From Eledone cirrhosa (taxonomy: Eukaryota): 64,000 nt of DNA. Below the pieces are notes generated by a model. It made no database searches. It was not told the origin of the DNA and was given only the letters and a program-made list of their open reading frames with translations. Position numbers and translations under genes: made by a program. Position 1 is the stretch's first letter. Every line of letters starts with the position of its first letter. Of this stretch, positions 38,224-52,289 are shown one piece after another. The DNA lies in NCBI GenBank assembly GCA_964016885.1, contig OZ024743.1:61752001-61816000 (forward strand), read 5' to 3'.

Positions 38224-39043
38224 ATAAATGAAAAATTAGAAATAGAAGCCAGGACTATCCGTCATCAGTGGTCTACTACTCATCATAGGTATTTCTTTGC
38301 ATTACAGACCATATACCTCAGGCTAGAGCAATGCAATAACCAAATTAAGTTATTGGGATAAAAAGAGTTGGGTGGAGAAAGAGAGACAGATAAACAAACA
38401 CGAATGGTGAGGCAACGTAAAGAGAGGAAAAATGAGAAAATCTAGTCAATAATTCATTTTGAACATAAGAACTTGCGAATATTGACGAGAAGGCAAAAGA
38501 CACATCTTGGCCGTGCGAATGGGAGCGAGGAAAGAATTTCGTACAGTGTGGGACGATGGAGGAAATGAGAGAGAGGGTGAGTAGCAGAGAGTGAGTGAGT
38601 GAAAGTGTGAGGAAGAGGCTAGCCGAGAAAGGGTGACTAGCAAAGGGGGTGAATGAAATTAAGAGGGAGGAGAGAGAAGGGGGAGAGAGAATGAGGATAG
38701 CAGTGACGGAAGAGAAAAAGACAGGTCACAGCGAAGAGGAAAGCATATATGAATGAAAAATGGCGAGCTGTGTTGTTGCAAATAAGATATATATAATAAA
38801 TGAAAAATTAGAAATAGAAGCCAGGACTATCCGTCATCAGTGGTCTACTAGCCATCATAAGTATTTCTTCGCATTACAGACCATATACCTCTGGCTAGGG
38901 CAATGCAATAACTAAATTAAGTTATTGGAATAAAAAGAGTCGGGTGGAGAAAGAGAGACAGGTAAACAGACACGAATGGTGAGGCAACGTAAAGAGAGGA
39001 AAAAATTAGAAAATCAAGTCAATAATTCATTTTGAACATAAGA
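38223..39043 (-). mobile_element. 572-bp tandem unit (about 1.4 copies), one 65-nt structured RNA per unit (38262-38326, 38834-38898)
   Basis: aataaatgaaaaattagaaatagaagccagg at 38223 and 38795; shares blocks with 30089-30598. Confidence 0.8.
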
Positions 39044-39121
39044 ATACCCCCCCCCCCCCTACTAAAACATGTATACATTCTTTGATTAGAATGCCGTTGC
39101 AGTGTGTATATAACCTTTGTA

Positions 39122-39177
<56 letters not shown>

Positions 39178-39468
39178 ATAATAATAAATTTGAAGACTAA
39201 AATCCAAAGAGGGCTCGATAAGGATAAATATATATCAAATATATAAGAACCGTAGAGCAAATATTTATTAAAATAACAGATTAAAGTTTAAGCAAAGAAA
39301 GGCTGCGTGTAATTGTTTTTCCCGCTCCAAATAATGACGTATTATATTCGTTTTTTTACGTTCTTTGCCAGGGAACGTTCCCACTAACCAAAGTATCGTC
39401 TTCCTGTCTCCCTCCGGTTGCAACGTTTTTTGAAATATTCACTTCTGCGTTCACAGATTGACTTTGTT

Positions 39469-39519
39469 AGTTTCAGAAGATCCCGTTAAGGGTGAAAGCA
39501 GGGATTCTTTGCTTAAACT
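39469..39519 (+). ncRNA. Type I hammerhead motif (U4>A) in (TA)n-flanked element 39174-39540
   Basis: agttt CAGAAGA t ccc gttaa ggg t GAAA gcaggg att ctttgc TT aaact; all three stems pair. Confidence 0.75.
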
Positions 39520-42500
39520 TTAATCTGTTATTTTAATAAATATATATATATATATATATATCCTTGCTCGTGTCTTTTTTTTTTTCTTTTTCCTTCTGGA
39601 ACCACATCATTCTAACCTATTTCAGGTGTCCTGCGAAAGCTATAGACGCGAGCTGTTTCTCTAGGCGAAATCATTAAAAATAGAATGATCCTAAGAATGA
39701 ACACTGATACGATTGTAGTTTAATGTAAACGTTGTTTCTTTCTATTACATATCATATAAATAATAGGTTTGTGACAATTACTTCATCTAATAGCGTATCC
39801 TTTGTACTCATGTAAAAATAACATATAAAATGTTTACTTTTCCTTTGCTTCGTGGAATATGGAAATGGACCTCCGTCGGTTTAGACGAGTGTCACGGTTA
39901 TTCGATCAACCGAACAAACATTTCATGAAATTAAACATTTCATGAAATTAACATGCAAGTGGCTGAGCATTTCAGAGATACGTGTACCTTTAACATAGTT
40001 CTCTGAATGATTCAGCGAAACACAGTATGTCACACGACTTACAACGAGGTTTCAAACATTTTTCGTCTACACAAGGCTTGGGTCGACGTGACTCTTTGGT
40101 AAATAATACTTGCCCAAAATGTTATGCAGTGAGATCGAACCTAGGACCTCGTGACTGTATGGCGAACTTCTTAACTATTTGGTCATGCTGATTCATGAGG
40201 TGCAGTATCACGAAATAAATCAAAAGTGAATGTCAGTTTTTGTATGTTTATATAAATGCAGACCTATCAACTCTCCCTGTCCATTGGGGTGGGTGATAGA
40301 TGTCTTCTCTTTTGAAAATGTGTATAGCTTTTATTATGTAAAATCTCCCCGTTTTTGGTTCACTTTTTCATGCTACTCCCCATTCGCGTTTTTAGAGGTT
40401 GGCTAGTCTGTACATGGAGAAAATAGCTCTTCCACGGCGTAACTGGTTCAGTTTCAATACTCTCTTAGACTATGGTACATGCCAAACAAGAATAACACCA
40501 AAATATAATTGTGTCTTTACTGAATTACATATATTGGATTCACATCTAAGTTGGATTTCAAAATCTGCATATTTTTTCTGTATTCTTGTGTGTATTTTGC
40601 TTGTTCACATATAAACTAATGTTATATATATATAGTAAATAATATTTCAAATGAAATTGTCCCAACCAGTTTTACTATTATACATCCGAGAAACCTCTTT
40701 AAGGGGACATACAATTTCCACACACACTTTCAAATATATCTCGGTGAATTTACCGTTTTCTCATGTTTTCATGTAATGTAATTTGTTCTTGTTCCCTTCT
40801 CATTTTACTCCTCCTTTTCCCACCTCTGATCGTCTACACTTCCATGCTTCCAGCCTTCCAGACAACCATATATATTTTTTCGTGAGATTTATTTTAATTT
40901 TCACTTCATGGTTTCAAATTTCATTGGTGAGACAATATTTTTCTTTTCAACCCAATAAAACATTTCAGCGCTGTGTCAACGCCTTTGTTGTTGTTTAGCC
41001 CTAGGGCAGACCTTGTATATCAAGTAAATGGTATGGTCCCGTAACTCCTGATAGAGTCGTAGGGGCGCCGTATTGACATACGGCGTTTCTTTGGCATTTT
41101 AAGCCAGGCGGAGCCCACCTCTTTCCAGTTCTGAGTACAGCAAATTTCTTCCTGAGAAAGATAGAAAGCGAGAGAGAGAGAGTGGGGTGGGGTGAGAAAG
41201 AGATATAGAGGAAGAATCGACCCTTATTATAGACTTGTACTAATTTTATTGACCTCGAAACGTTAAAAGGCAAAGTTGAACTTTGGCGAGATTTGAACTC
41301 AGAGAGCCGGAACGTATACTATAAGACATTCTATCCGACGTTCTAATGACTTCAATTCGCCGCCTATCAAGTAAATATATTGGCCAATAGGTTTTTCCTT
41401 TTTTATGAGGGTGGGGTATGATTTTCAAGATATTTGGCTGTTATTTCTAGCTGATTGAATGACTGCTTAGAGGCTTTTTATTAGCTGGTACATTGTTGTT
41501 ATTGCTACATCCTCTTCTGTTGCTACTCTAGCTATTACTACTACTGCCGTTACTGTTATATTTACTGCTGCAATCACTATGATCTGAAGATTAAGACAAT
41601 AAAGTTTTCAAATGAAAACCAAAACGATTGATATATTATCAAAACAGTGTTATACGTAATTGAAACGAGTCGAATTGGCAAAATTTTTAAAGTCTCTTGC
41701 GAAATGTCTTAGTGTATAAATTCCGGTTCTTTGTGTCTTGAATTCAAATTCCGCCGAGGTCAATTTTGCATGTCATTCTTTCGTGGTCGATAAATGAATT
41801 ACCAATCAAGAGTGGTAGAATGATGAAATCGATAGAGCTCCGGATGTGGTTTTCTCTAATGTTTGAATTCATTTTAAGTTCAAGTCTCCCTGTGGTGTAC
41901 GTGAGGGGATAGACTGGTGTAAAACCACCACCTAGCTATTGCGTGTTTTTATTGGAGTCTACTCTCTTGTAAGCATTCTAATCAGGTCTCCAGTTTTAAA
42001 ATACTTCCTTCCAATCCTCACCCACCACCACTACCTCCGCCGCTAATCACGTAGGCTTGGAGATATTACAGACAAAGGGATGAAATAAAGTATACGTCAG
42101 GAGAGAAGAAAAGAAAGTGAAAGCTAGTGGGCTTCAAGTTAGAACTATAGCACACCATACTCTATGCTACATGGCTTCCATGGGCCCTGAACACATGAAG
42201 GAGTCGTAGTAGCACCGTCCTTACATATGACGTGTCTTAGGCATTTTAAACCAGGCGGAGCCCATCCTTCTTCAGGTCTGGCCACAAGTAATTTCTTCCA
42301 GAAAGCAGGAGCGAGAAAGAGAGATAAAAGAATTGATTCCACTATGCCTAAAGAATGGAAGGAAAAGTTGATCTCAGTGGGATTTGAACTCAACACAGAG
42401 TTGAAATGAATACCACAAAGCATTCTAACTAACGTCTGTCCTTTAATGAAACTCATCGTCTGCTGGGATCTTGCTATATTAATTAAATCTTCCACGAAGA

Positions 42501-42816
42501 TTGTGATTGCAAATAAAAGCCTTTCGTTTGTTGTTGCTCGTTATTTTGTTTTTCTTGTTTTATTTTTCAGTTAGCACCCACGTTATTACCTATGCACACA
42601 CACTTACATATGTGTGTAAACATATACATACGTATAATATAGACACACATATATATGTATATATGTTAGCGCCCATGTTACTATCTGCACGCACACACTC
42701 ACGTGAGTGTGTGTATGTGAAAGTATATACATACGTGGATATATATAAATATGTATATGTATGTATACATGTATGAATCTGCTGGTCATGTATAGATGTA
42801 TACATATATATATTTA

Positions 42817-43027
<211 letters not shown>

Positions 43028-44047
43028 TATGTGCTAAAACACCCCCGTAAAACATATTAATTCCTCTTCTATTCAAGTCTTTGTTGACAACAACATCTAC
43101 AACAAACTACGAAAGACAATAAGGACATCAGTGTCTTTTACAGAGTTTCACTGTGTAACTACTTACTCATTGTCTACTTTACATTTTATATGACACTCTA
43201 AAGTTATCCAGTGAAATTTAAGTGTAATAAATGACATTATCGGGACAACAAAACCACCATTGTTTAAATACATTTCCTCTTTCTTTTGAAAGAAAGGGTC
43301 TTCTGGATTTAATCAAAATAGTTTTCCTAAACGGAAAACAGTTAAAATATAATTATAAACTATTTCTGTATTCATTCTCGTTTATTATATTTGTTGTTGT
43401 TTTACATGTTGTTATTGTTCATTGTTGATTTTTTTTTAGGTTATTTTTTTTTTCATTCTTTCGTATCAAACAGAGAGAAGTCATTCCGAATTCTCCAGAT
43501 AGTCTTCGTAATAAATGAAAGCAAAGAAATAAAAGACTGCATACTGAGTAGGCTTTCTAATACTGCCTTGTGTGTAGTAAATCTTATCTTTCACACGACC
43601 GCTCTCGAACAATTGCTCTATAACTCTCTCGGTATTAATCTCTTTGTGTCACTCTCTATACACTAACGTTCGGACAGATTGAACGTAAGAACCATGAAAT
43701 CAGATGAGGTTTCTTGTTTTTATTTTCATTATCCTTTGGGTGGCGGTGGGGGCGGGGGTTCCTACAAGGAGAAGGTAGGCACGTCGTGAAGACGGCGGGT
43801 CAAAAAGAAACTCAAGCAAATACAACAGCAAATGACTGCACGGAACAGCTTTCGAAGTGCTGCTTCGATGGCATTCTTGAACTTAACGACAGCGGCAAGA
43901 GACTCTACAAACGTACCGAAAGCGAAAGCTGCAATGGGAATGACCTTTCCACCACTACCTCGTCCGTTCAACAAAGTCCCACAAATAGGATTTTTGAAGA
44001 TATCTTCAACATTGTGAACAGAATACCTTCTCTCAAACAGGAAATGC

Positions 44048-44090
<43 letters not shown>

Positions 44091-44155
44091 TGTGCATACA
44101 TGTTACTGTGTATGGATGAATATGTGTTGGGTGTCTGTGTACATATATATATATA

Positions 44156-44264
<109 letters not shown>

Positions 44265-44863
44265 ATGTATCATTGCGTTGGTAAGTATGTGAATATATAG
44301 GTTTGATTAAGTGAGTGTGAATGTATTGTATGTAGGTACAAATAAGCATATACGTGTCTATGTATGTGTGTGTGTAAATTATGTAAGTCAACACTATACT
44401 GTGTTTGGCGGATATTTGGCGTCAATTTACTAATAGAGTGCTGTATTATAAAATTACGTGCCAGATAATACAGCAGTGGCTATCAGTATACCTTCTAGTA
44501 TTTACCTTTGAACGTGTGTGTGTGTGTGTGTGTGTTGGTGTGTGTGTGTGTGTGTGTGTTTATGTGTATGTGTGTGTGTGGGGGGGCGTGTGTGTTTGTG
44601 TGTGTGTGTGTGTTCTTAAATTTTATATGAATACGGCTTTTAATGAACATATATACAGGCTTGTTGCGAAAATAAAACACCTGTAAAAACCCTTGATGAG
44701 TCTTCAGAAAGTCAAAACTAACATGTATAAAGACATAGCTATATTTGTGTGTGTATAAGTGTGTGTATATATGTATATAGATGTGTATAACTATACACAC
44801 ACGCACTCATACATATGTATATATACAGAGTTTTAGTAAAGTTCGAGTTAATAGCGTGTTACG

Positions 44864-44901
44864 ATAACGTTTCTCCTATATGATTACGAGGTCATCAGAC
44901 A
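44864..44901 (-). ncRNA. Minimal hammerhead motif
   Basis: gt CTGATGA cct cgtaatcatat agg a GAAAC GT T at; palindromic ACGT stem III, weak stem I. Confidence 0.5.
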
Positions 44902-45089
44902 GAATATAACTGACGTCAGTTAACCGTATGGTAACCCTTTCGTCATATAGGATACGCTCCGGAGTAACAAGCCTGACTCGACCATAATGAAACTATTAAT
45001 CCCTACTATGTTATTGAGTATGGAATACTAAATGTGTGTGCGTATATATATATAAAGTCTAAAGTCTATATATATATATATATATATAA

Positions 45090-46040
45090 ACGTTTGGAGT
45101 TCGAAGGCCAGAACAATGCAGGTATGGATATAGAATACAAATGCAAAAGATATTGCTGACAATTAGTCTTTTACCTTAAATTTATTTGAATATCCTTAAT
45201 TTTTGAGATAATATCTCTTCTTCGGAGGGAAGTAAAGGGGTTAATCCAGTGTTCTAATTATCTTGCGAAGTCATGCTGACAGGAAATAGTATAGAAATTC
45301 CATTCTATTTCTAATGTCAAAGAGTGAAGGTTAGGTGAATAAAGGGTTGTCTCCCTTCAAAAGGGTTTGGGCATGTATGTCTAAGTGTGTGTGGGAGAAT
45401 ACGTGAAGGTGTAAGCCATATGTGTGTGAGTATGAGAGGATATGTTTATATGTAAATGTGGAGGCTAGATGCTCTATCATGTTACAACTGGTCTATGTGT
45501 GTGTATGTGTGTGTGTGTGAGAGAATAAGTGAAGGTGTAAGCGTGCGTGTGTGTGTGTGAGATGATGCGTGGAGGTGTAAGTGTGGGGCTACGTGCTCTA
45601 TCATGTTAAAACTTGGGTGTTGAGTTCTAGTCTGTTATTGATTGGTGGTTGCGTTTTGTCTATAATTAGTGCTTCTTTAATTCTAAGATTGCCGAGGTTT
45701 CTTTCCTTAGTTTCTATCCTAACTATTATGTTTTTGTCGGTGTTTTTGCATTTCACTAGATGTTTCTTAAATGAGAAAGCGTTAGTGTTGAGGTATTCTT
45801 TTATTCTAATGTGAAGTGGTCTGGTGGTGCTACCTATGTAGAAATTGCTGCATTTGTCGCACTCTAATCTGTATACGACGTAAGCCTGGTGGCATAGGTC
45901 TGTGTCGTCGATGGGGCAGTTAGCTATCCTGCAGCGGCTGTCGTGTCTGGTGGAGTGTCTTTTGGTTAGCTGTCCGCGTAGAGAAGGTCCTGAGTGGGCC
46001 AGTTGGATATCTAGTCCCTCTCGTCTGATAGCACTGCGGA
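45090..46040 (-). mobile_element. PLE 3' fragment (GIY-YIG, 3' UTR, minimal HHR at 45194-45228)
   Basis: CHQAYVVYRLECDKCSNFYIGSTTRPLHIRIKEY...LRIKEALII...PPIN. Tail reads cct CCGAAGA a gagat att atctc AAAA ATT A agg, then AATAAA. Confidence 0.85.
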
Positions 46041-46299
46041 TGGAGCAACACGAAATGAAGTGTTTACACGTAGCCGATCTCTCAGACTTTTACGAAACAC
46101 TAAGGAGATATAGTGAATATATAGAGTAGGGTATTACTCATGCACGGAGATGCTTTAAAACAGCTAATAAAATAGGCTTACTTTATAGCATCTCCGTGCA
46201 GGAGTAGACCACTATATTGCAGGGGGTTAAAATATAGTACCTGTGCCAATAGTACCAGTCATGAACTAGAGGTTATGAAAATACAGTCTCAGTCAAGTG

Positions 46300-46538
46300 C
46301 TGGGGTCATTAAGATGTAGTACCAGTTATGTATTGAGGGTCAAAAGTATCAGTCTAGAATTGGGGTCATTAAGATGTAGTACCAGTTATGTATTGAGGGT
46401 CAAAAGTATTAGTCTAGAACTGGGGTCATTAAGTTGTAGTACCAGTTATGTATTGAGAGTCAAAAGTATTAGTCTAGAACTGGGGTCATTAAGATGTAGT
46501 ACCAGTTATGTATTGGGAGTCAAAAGTATCAGTCTAGA
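46300..46538. repeat. 60-bp tandem repeat, 4 copies
   Basis: tggggtcattaagatgtagtaccagttatgtattgagggtcaaaagtatcagtctagaa. Confidence 0.95.
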
Positions 46539-46733
46539 TAGACAATTATTAAATATATAAATAGATAAATAAATGCCATTGTTAATTAATAAATAAATCA
46601 ACTAATACCTTAACACTTCACACAAAGTAAAACATTTCGTTTTAATCATTTTCTAACCCAGAAAAGAGAGAGAGAGAAATAAAAAAGTAAAAAAATATAT
46701 TTTTCTTCCTAATAATCGTCTCTTTCTCCCTGT

Positions 46734-46792
<59 letters not shown>

Positions 46793-47014
46793 AAAAGTTT
46801 AAATACACATAAACTAGACAGAGCCATAGTTATATATATATATATATGTTATTGGCAACCATTCACGGTGTGGCTCAATGATGAATTAATTAAATAATTA
46901 ACAATCAGAGCAATATATAAGAAAGTAAGTCCACTGGCCACGTGACAATTCTTAGCCATTTTGAATTCCTTTCGGGCGGGGATCATTTAAGAAAAATCTT
47001 TGTCCAATTGAGTT

Positions 47015-47099
47015 TATCTCCTGATGATTTCCAAACTCGTTGATTTATCCAAGATCGGATATATCCAAAAAGAGAATGAAATCCCCGGGGATGGAGATA
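47015..47099 (+). ncRNA. Type I hammerhead motif with long loop II and 12-nt palindromic stem III
   Basis: tatctc CTGATGA tttc...gaat GAA atccccggggat g gagata. Confidence 0.7.
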
Positions 47100-47397
47100 T
47101 ATTTTGATGATTTGGGTATGTTTATGTACATTTTTTTCTAACTTTGATTTTGTACCTAATTATGTATGGTTAACTATATGTCTAGTCAATTTCTACAGGC
47201 TATCAGAAATACTAGGTAAATTTTCTGTGGCTGTGAATCGCGGATGAAAAGCTATCATTTATTTATCTATTATTTCTTCATAAGTATATTTTAAACTTAT
47301 AGCCTCGTTTAAATGATTTTTTTTGTATGTATGATTATGCTGATTGGGAGAAGAAATAACTGTATATATTTTATCTAATGATTCTATGGACTTACTT

Positions 47398-47452
<55 letters not shown>

Positions 47453-48086
47453 TATATATATTATATAATATAATATACTATAGTATAATATAATACAATA
47501 TAATATAATTGTTTCTACTATTGGCACAAGGCCAGCAATTACCCAGTACATTACTGGTACTTTATTTTATCGACCCCGTAAGGATGAAAGGTAAAGTTAA
47601 CCTCGGCGGGATTTGAACTCACAATGGCAAGGGCCGTAACTCTATGCGTCAAAGCAAGGCGTCTGACCCTCTACCGATACTGCCAATTCACCGAATATAA
47701 TATAATATAATAATACAAGGACGATTTGTTAAGCCTTCATTACGTTTATTGATTGGTGGCACGCGTTTCGCTATTGATCAGCTCTAGGTTCGATCTGTAT
47801 CGATCTGGCCCGACTCAGGAATCAAAAGATCGTCGGACCTCTGCTGTTGTATTATTATATTATTATATTACATTCTGTCTAGCTCTACACCTCGCCATTC
47901 AGTGCTCACCTGGGTGAACCTACAGTAACTTCAGGTTGCACTCCCTGTATATATTTTCTGAATTCTAAATATTTACACTTTGTTGTAACCCTTTTCCAAT
48001 GCGTACACACACACACCCACACCACACACACACACACAGACACACACACACACATACACACACATACACACGCGCACGCACACACA

Positions 48087-48175
<89 letters not shown>

Positions 48176-48884
48176 TTACAGTCTTCCAAATAAGGATATG
48201 TGCACTCCGATATATGTTTGCGCTTGGGTGAAAAGATAAAACATTAGATAGTTCAGAGAAGTAGAGTCGGGTGTAGTAATGGTAGAACAGTGATTCACCA
48301 TCACTCAATAAAGTCGCCTGGCTTACTGGTTTTCTTCGCATGGGTTCCATTCATGGTGGCACGTTATGTCCTTGAGCAAAGATTTTAAGGACACGCCAGT
48401 CCACACACCTAGCGAAAAGGACTGAACTTATCCCTCACCGCCAATCAACTACGTTGAAGTTATCTGTCTATGTAATTTTCAGCTTAATTTCACGAGTCAG
48501 CAGTTCCGTTGATCGAACAATCGGAACACTCGTCGTCAAAACCGACGGAGGTCCAGCACAGTCAGTTCCATATAGCTCTCCACATCAGTTAAACTGTCGT
48601 GCAACACCCTTACTAATACCTGTTCGACAGAACACTGATACATTGTACTGTACTCTCCATATGTTCATACTAACACATATATATATATATATAACGAAGG
48701 AGTTGTGGTAAGGAACCAGATGGACCATAACGCACCAGAGTACTCAATACTTAGGGTAGTAGAGTGGGTAATAGGAAAAAGTATGAACCGACATCAGAAC
48801 TCTAGCCGTTTCGACGCTTGAGCTCTGCCGTCGGGGTCATACTTTTTCCTATATATATATATATATATATGCATTATGCATACT

Positions 48885-49930
48885 CACGAGGTTTATACCA
48901 AGAGTAATAGTGCTGATTTTCCTATGTACGACATGCTAACGCAGCACTTTGATGTATATGGGCATATTAGTTATTACCATGGCTGCACATACATACTTGT
49001 TTCAACTTGATCGAATGTCAGTCCTGAGTTTATGTTGTTTATGTATTGACATCTTTATACCCTCGGTCACGTTTGCGATGCAGGACAATATCGAACAACG
49101 GTACTTGATTAAATGTTTGTCTGTAAGCCAACAAATCTGCCACCGAAACATTTAATCCTTTAACAAAAGCTTATGGAGATGCCTCTCTTTCGAAAAGTAA
49201 TGATTTTTAGTGGTACAAAGCTTTCAAAGAGAGCCGAGAAAATGTTGAAGACTATCCGTGTTCTGGAAAGACAAATTTCTTCAATAAACAAATAACTGGA
49301 GATGAATCATTGGTGTTTGAGTGCGATCCAGAGATAAAATGGCAATGTGAGGAGTGACACACGAAACATTCTCCTTGTCTGAAGAAAACATGCATGAGCA
49401 GATCCAGGGTGAAACCGATGATTATCATTTTTTTTCTACAACCGTGGTATTGTTCACAAAGAATATGTACTCCAGGACAGAGTTAATCACACCTTAACGA
49501 TGTCTTGGGTCGACTTCGAATACGGGTCCAGCATGTCCGAAAGGAGATTGCAGGAGACTGGATACTGCACCACAATAACACGCCTGCTCACACAGCTCTT
49601 AGAGAATTTCTGGCGAAAAAAAACATTCCCATTTTACCACATTCTCCACACAGCCCAGATCTAGTTCCGTGTGATTTTTTACCTCTTCCCTCAGTTGAAA
49701 TTGAAGTTGAAGAGTCATCATTTGGGGACTGTGGAAAACATACAAAAATTTGTAACCAACAAGTTGAGGATATTTACAGAAAATAATTTTCAGTACTCCT
49801 ACAATCAATGTAAAAAAACATTTGAACCACTGCATGACTTCCCAAGGGTCGTATCTTAAAAAGGATAACTTGTAATTTCATGTATGTCTAATATCCATTT
49901 GAATAAAATGTCAGTACCCGTAAATGTTGG
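48885..49930 (+). mobile_element. Degenerate mariner
   Basis: MQDNIEQRYLIK, ITGDES.VFECDPE, WILHHNNTPAHTA, PHSPDLVPCDF. Confidence 0.85.
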
Positions 49931-50587
49931 ACAAATATTATATATTTGTTTGTATGTATGTATATATATACATGTTTGTGTGTATATGCATGTATGTATG
50001 TATGTATATGTATATATATATATGTACACACACACACACATATACACATATATTCCATGATATATATATATTATATAATTGTTTCTACTTTTGGCACAAG
50101 GCCAGCAATTATCCCGGTGTATTACTGGTACTTTATTTTATCGACCCCATAAGCATGAAAGGCAAAGTTAACCTCGGCGGGATTTGAACTCAGACGATAA
50201 AGGGCCGTAACTCTTTGCTGCAATGCATGGCGTCCGACCCTCTATACACATGTGTGCTTTAACATATGTATGTGTATGTGTTTATATATCTGTTTATATG
50301 TCAATATCCGTGAGTTACATTCACAGAGATACTAAAGAGTCATTATTTATGACTAATACGATTAGTAGATTAATGTCCACTGAATAGTGATGAAACCACA
50401 TCCTTTTCTGTGCGAAGTCTCTCAGATATTTTAGCAGATTGCAATAATAGATTGTGGGCTTTGTAGAAAAATGTTTAGAATTTTTGCAGACAAAAGGAAA
50501 TGATTATGGTAGCATTTGAATAGTAGGAAAACACCCACATGTATACACATGTACACGCGTGCACGTATGTTTGAACATTTAGTTTAT

Positions 50588-50635
<48 letters not shown>

Positions 50636-51033
50636 ACATCCTGGTTCCGCCACGTTTTAGAAATACCGTATGTCAACGGTACCATACAACACCCCGGAGG
50701 AGTTACGAGACCATGTACATATATATATATATAGTGGTGCTATTACGTTAGACATGGCCTGGGCCAATACTGGCCGAAACCTATCAAAGCTATCAAAGTA
50801 AATTATATAAATATATATATATATACAAATTGTTGGGACCTCAGACGCAGAAAATAGCTGTAAACGTTGTCAGTTGCATTAAATAATAGCTGAGAAAATC
50901 GGATAATTAACCCTATTGGGGGTAAAAAAAAAAAGTATTGTTTCCGACTCTTGCGCTGAGCTCAGATCCCGACGTGCTCATCTTTGACTTTCATCATTTT
51001 GAGGGTGATACAACACCAATTCAATACTGGGTT

Positions 51034-51067
<34 letters not shown>

Positions 51068-52197
51068 GCTCTCGCTCTCTCACGCCTCGCTCCTTCTCCT
51101 GCAGTTCCCTTTCTTCCTCCCTCCTGCACCCTCCTCTCTCCCTCTTTCCCTCTGTTTCTCCCTTCCTCAGTTCTCCTCTCCCAGTTCGCCCCCCCCCCCC
51201 CAGTTCCCTCTCCATTGGATTGTTACTGTTTTTAAACTGTATTTATATATTTTTATCGGGTCTCCGTCGGTTCTGACGATGAGTGTTCCATTCTATGTGA
51301 TCAACAGAACATCCTCCTGGTGTAATTTTACGTGCAAGTAGCTAATTATACCACAGAAACGTGAACCCTTAATGTAGTTATCAGGGAGATTACAGGTACA
51401 AGTCGTTTTTCCCCCCAACTGAGAGAACTGGAGCAGCCTGAAATTGTCTTGCTCATGGATATAGCATGTCTCGGGTAATTGAACTCTCAAACTTATGATT
51501 GTGAGTCGAGCACTGTAAGACACGTGCCTTTATATATTATAGATAAAATAACTCTGAAAAATCAAATTGCTCTTACTTTCAAAAATAAACAACAAATAGT
51601 AATTTTTCTTATGCTTTAAGATATCTTATTAAATTCCTATAAAGCTTGCTGACGTTCAAAATCCTGTAAAAAAATTGTCTGATTTAATTTTGTCTAAGTG
51701 GATTTAAATCGGTTCATATTGAGCGTGTAATTGAAGTTGCAGCACGGCATATCACTAATTGAAGATATACTCTTTCAATATTTAATTAAAGAAATTACTA
51801 AATTATTGAATTCTTAGAGAATCTCAAAGATACACAAGAGTACACTTATAAGTTTTTTTTAATGTTGCTAAGTGGAAGAGGGGGCAGTTCCCATGACCTT
51901 TACAAGCGTCATTCTTAGATTGGTGAGACTGAGGCCGTTATTGCCCAACCTGAACACTGTAAGTTAGTATCTCCTTGAAAAACGTGGGAAAGGAAAGGAT
52001 GCTGTTCGTATTCTTGGGTAACTTCAGACTTTTCTCTGAGTGTCACAGATTATTTCTTAATTTTTCGAAATTATCTCCCTTTTTCTTCGATAGACACTTA
52101 CAATTACAACTAGCATTTTGCTTTCCTACTCTAACTAAAAGAGACATTTAAATTAATCAGTACTCGTGTGTACGTCATTCAGTACATAACCCCTTAA

Positions 52198-52256
<59 letters not shown>

Positions 52257-52289
52257 GCATATATATATATATATATATACACACAAACA

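Noticed and set aside
41020-42310. Two ~140-bp similar blocks (41020-41160, 42165-42310) as LTRs
   Set aside because: Quite diverged, no TG...CA ends or internal LTR features; likely dispersed repeat fragments next to SINEs.
46300-46538. CRISPR-like regular repeats (also 2870-2970 and 7660-8670)
   Set aside because: No unique spacers, no cas genes, eukaryotic context.
50745-50800. ggcc aatact ggcc GAAAC as a hammerhead
   Set aside because: No CUGANGA-like segment or stems I and III; at most a remnant.
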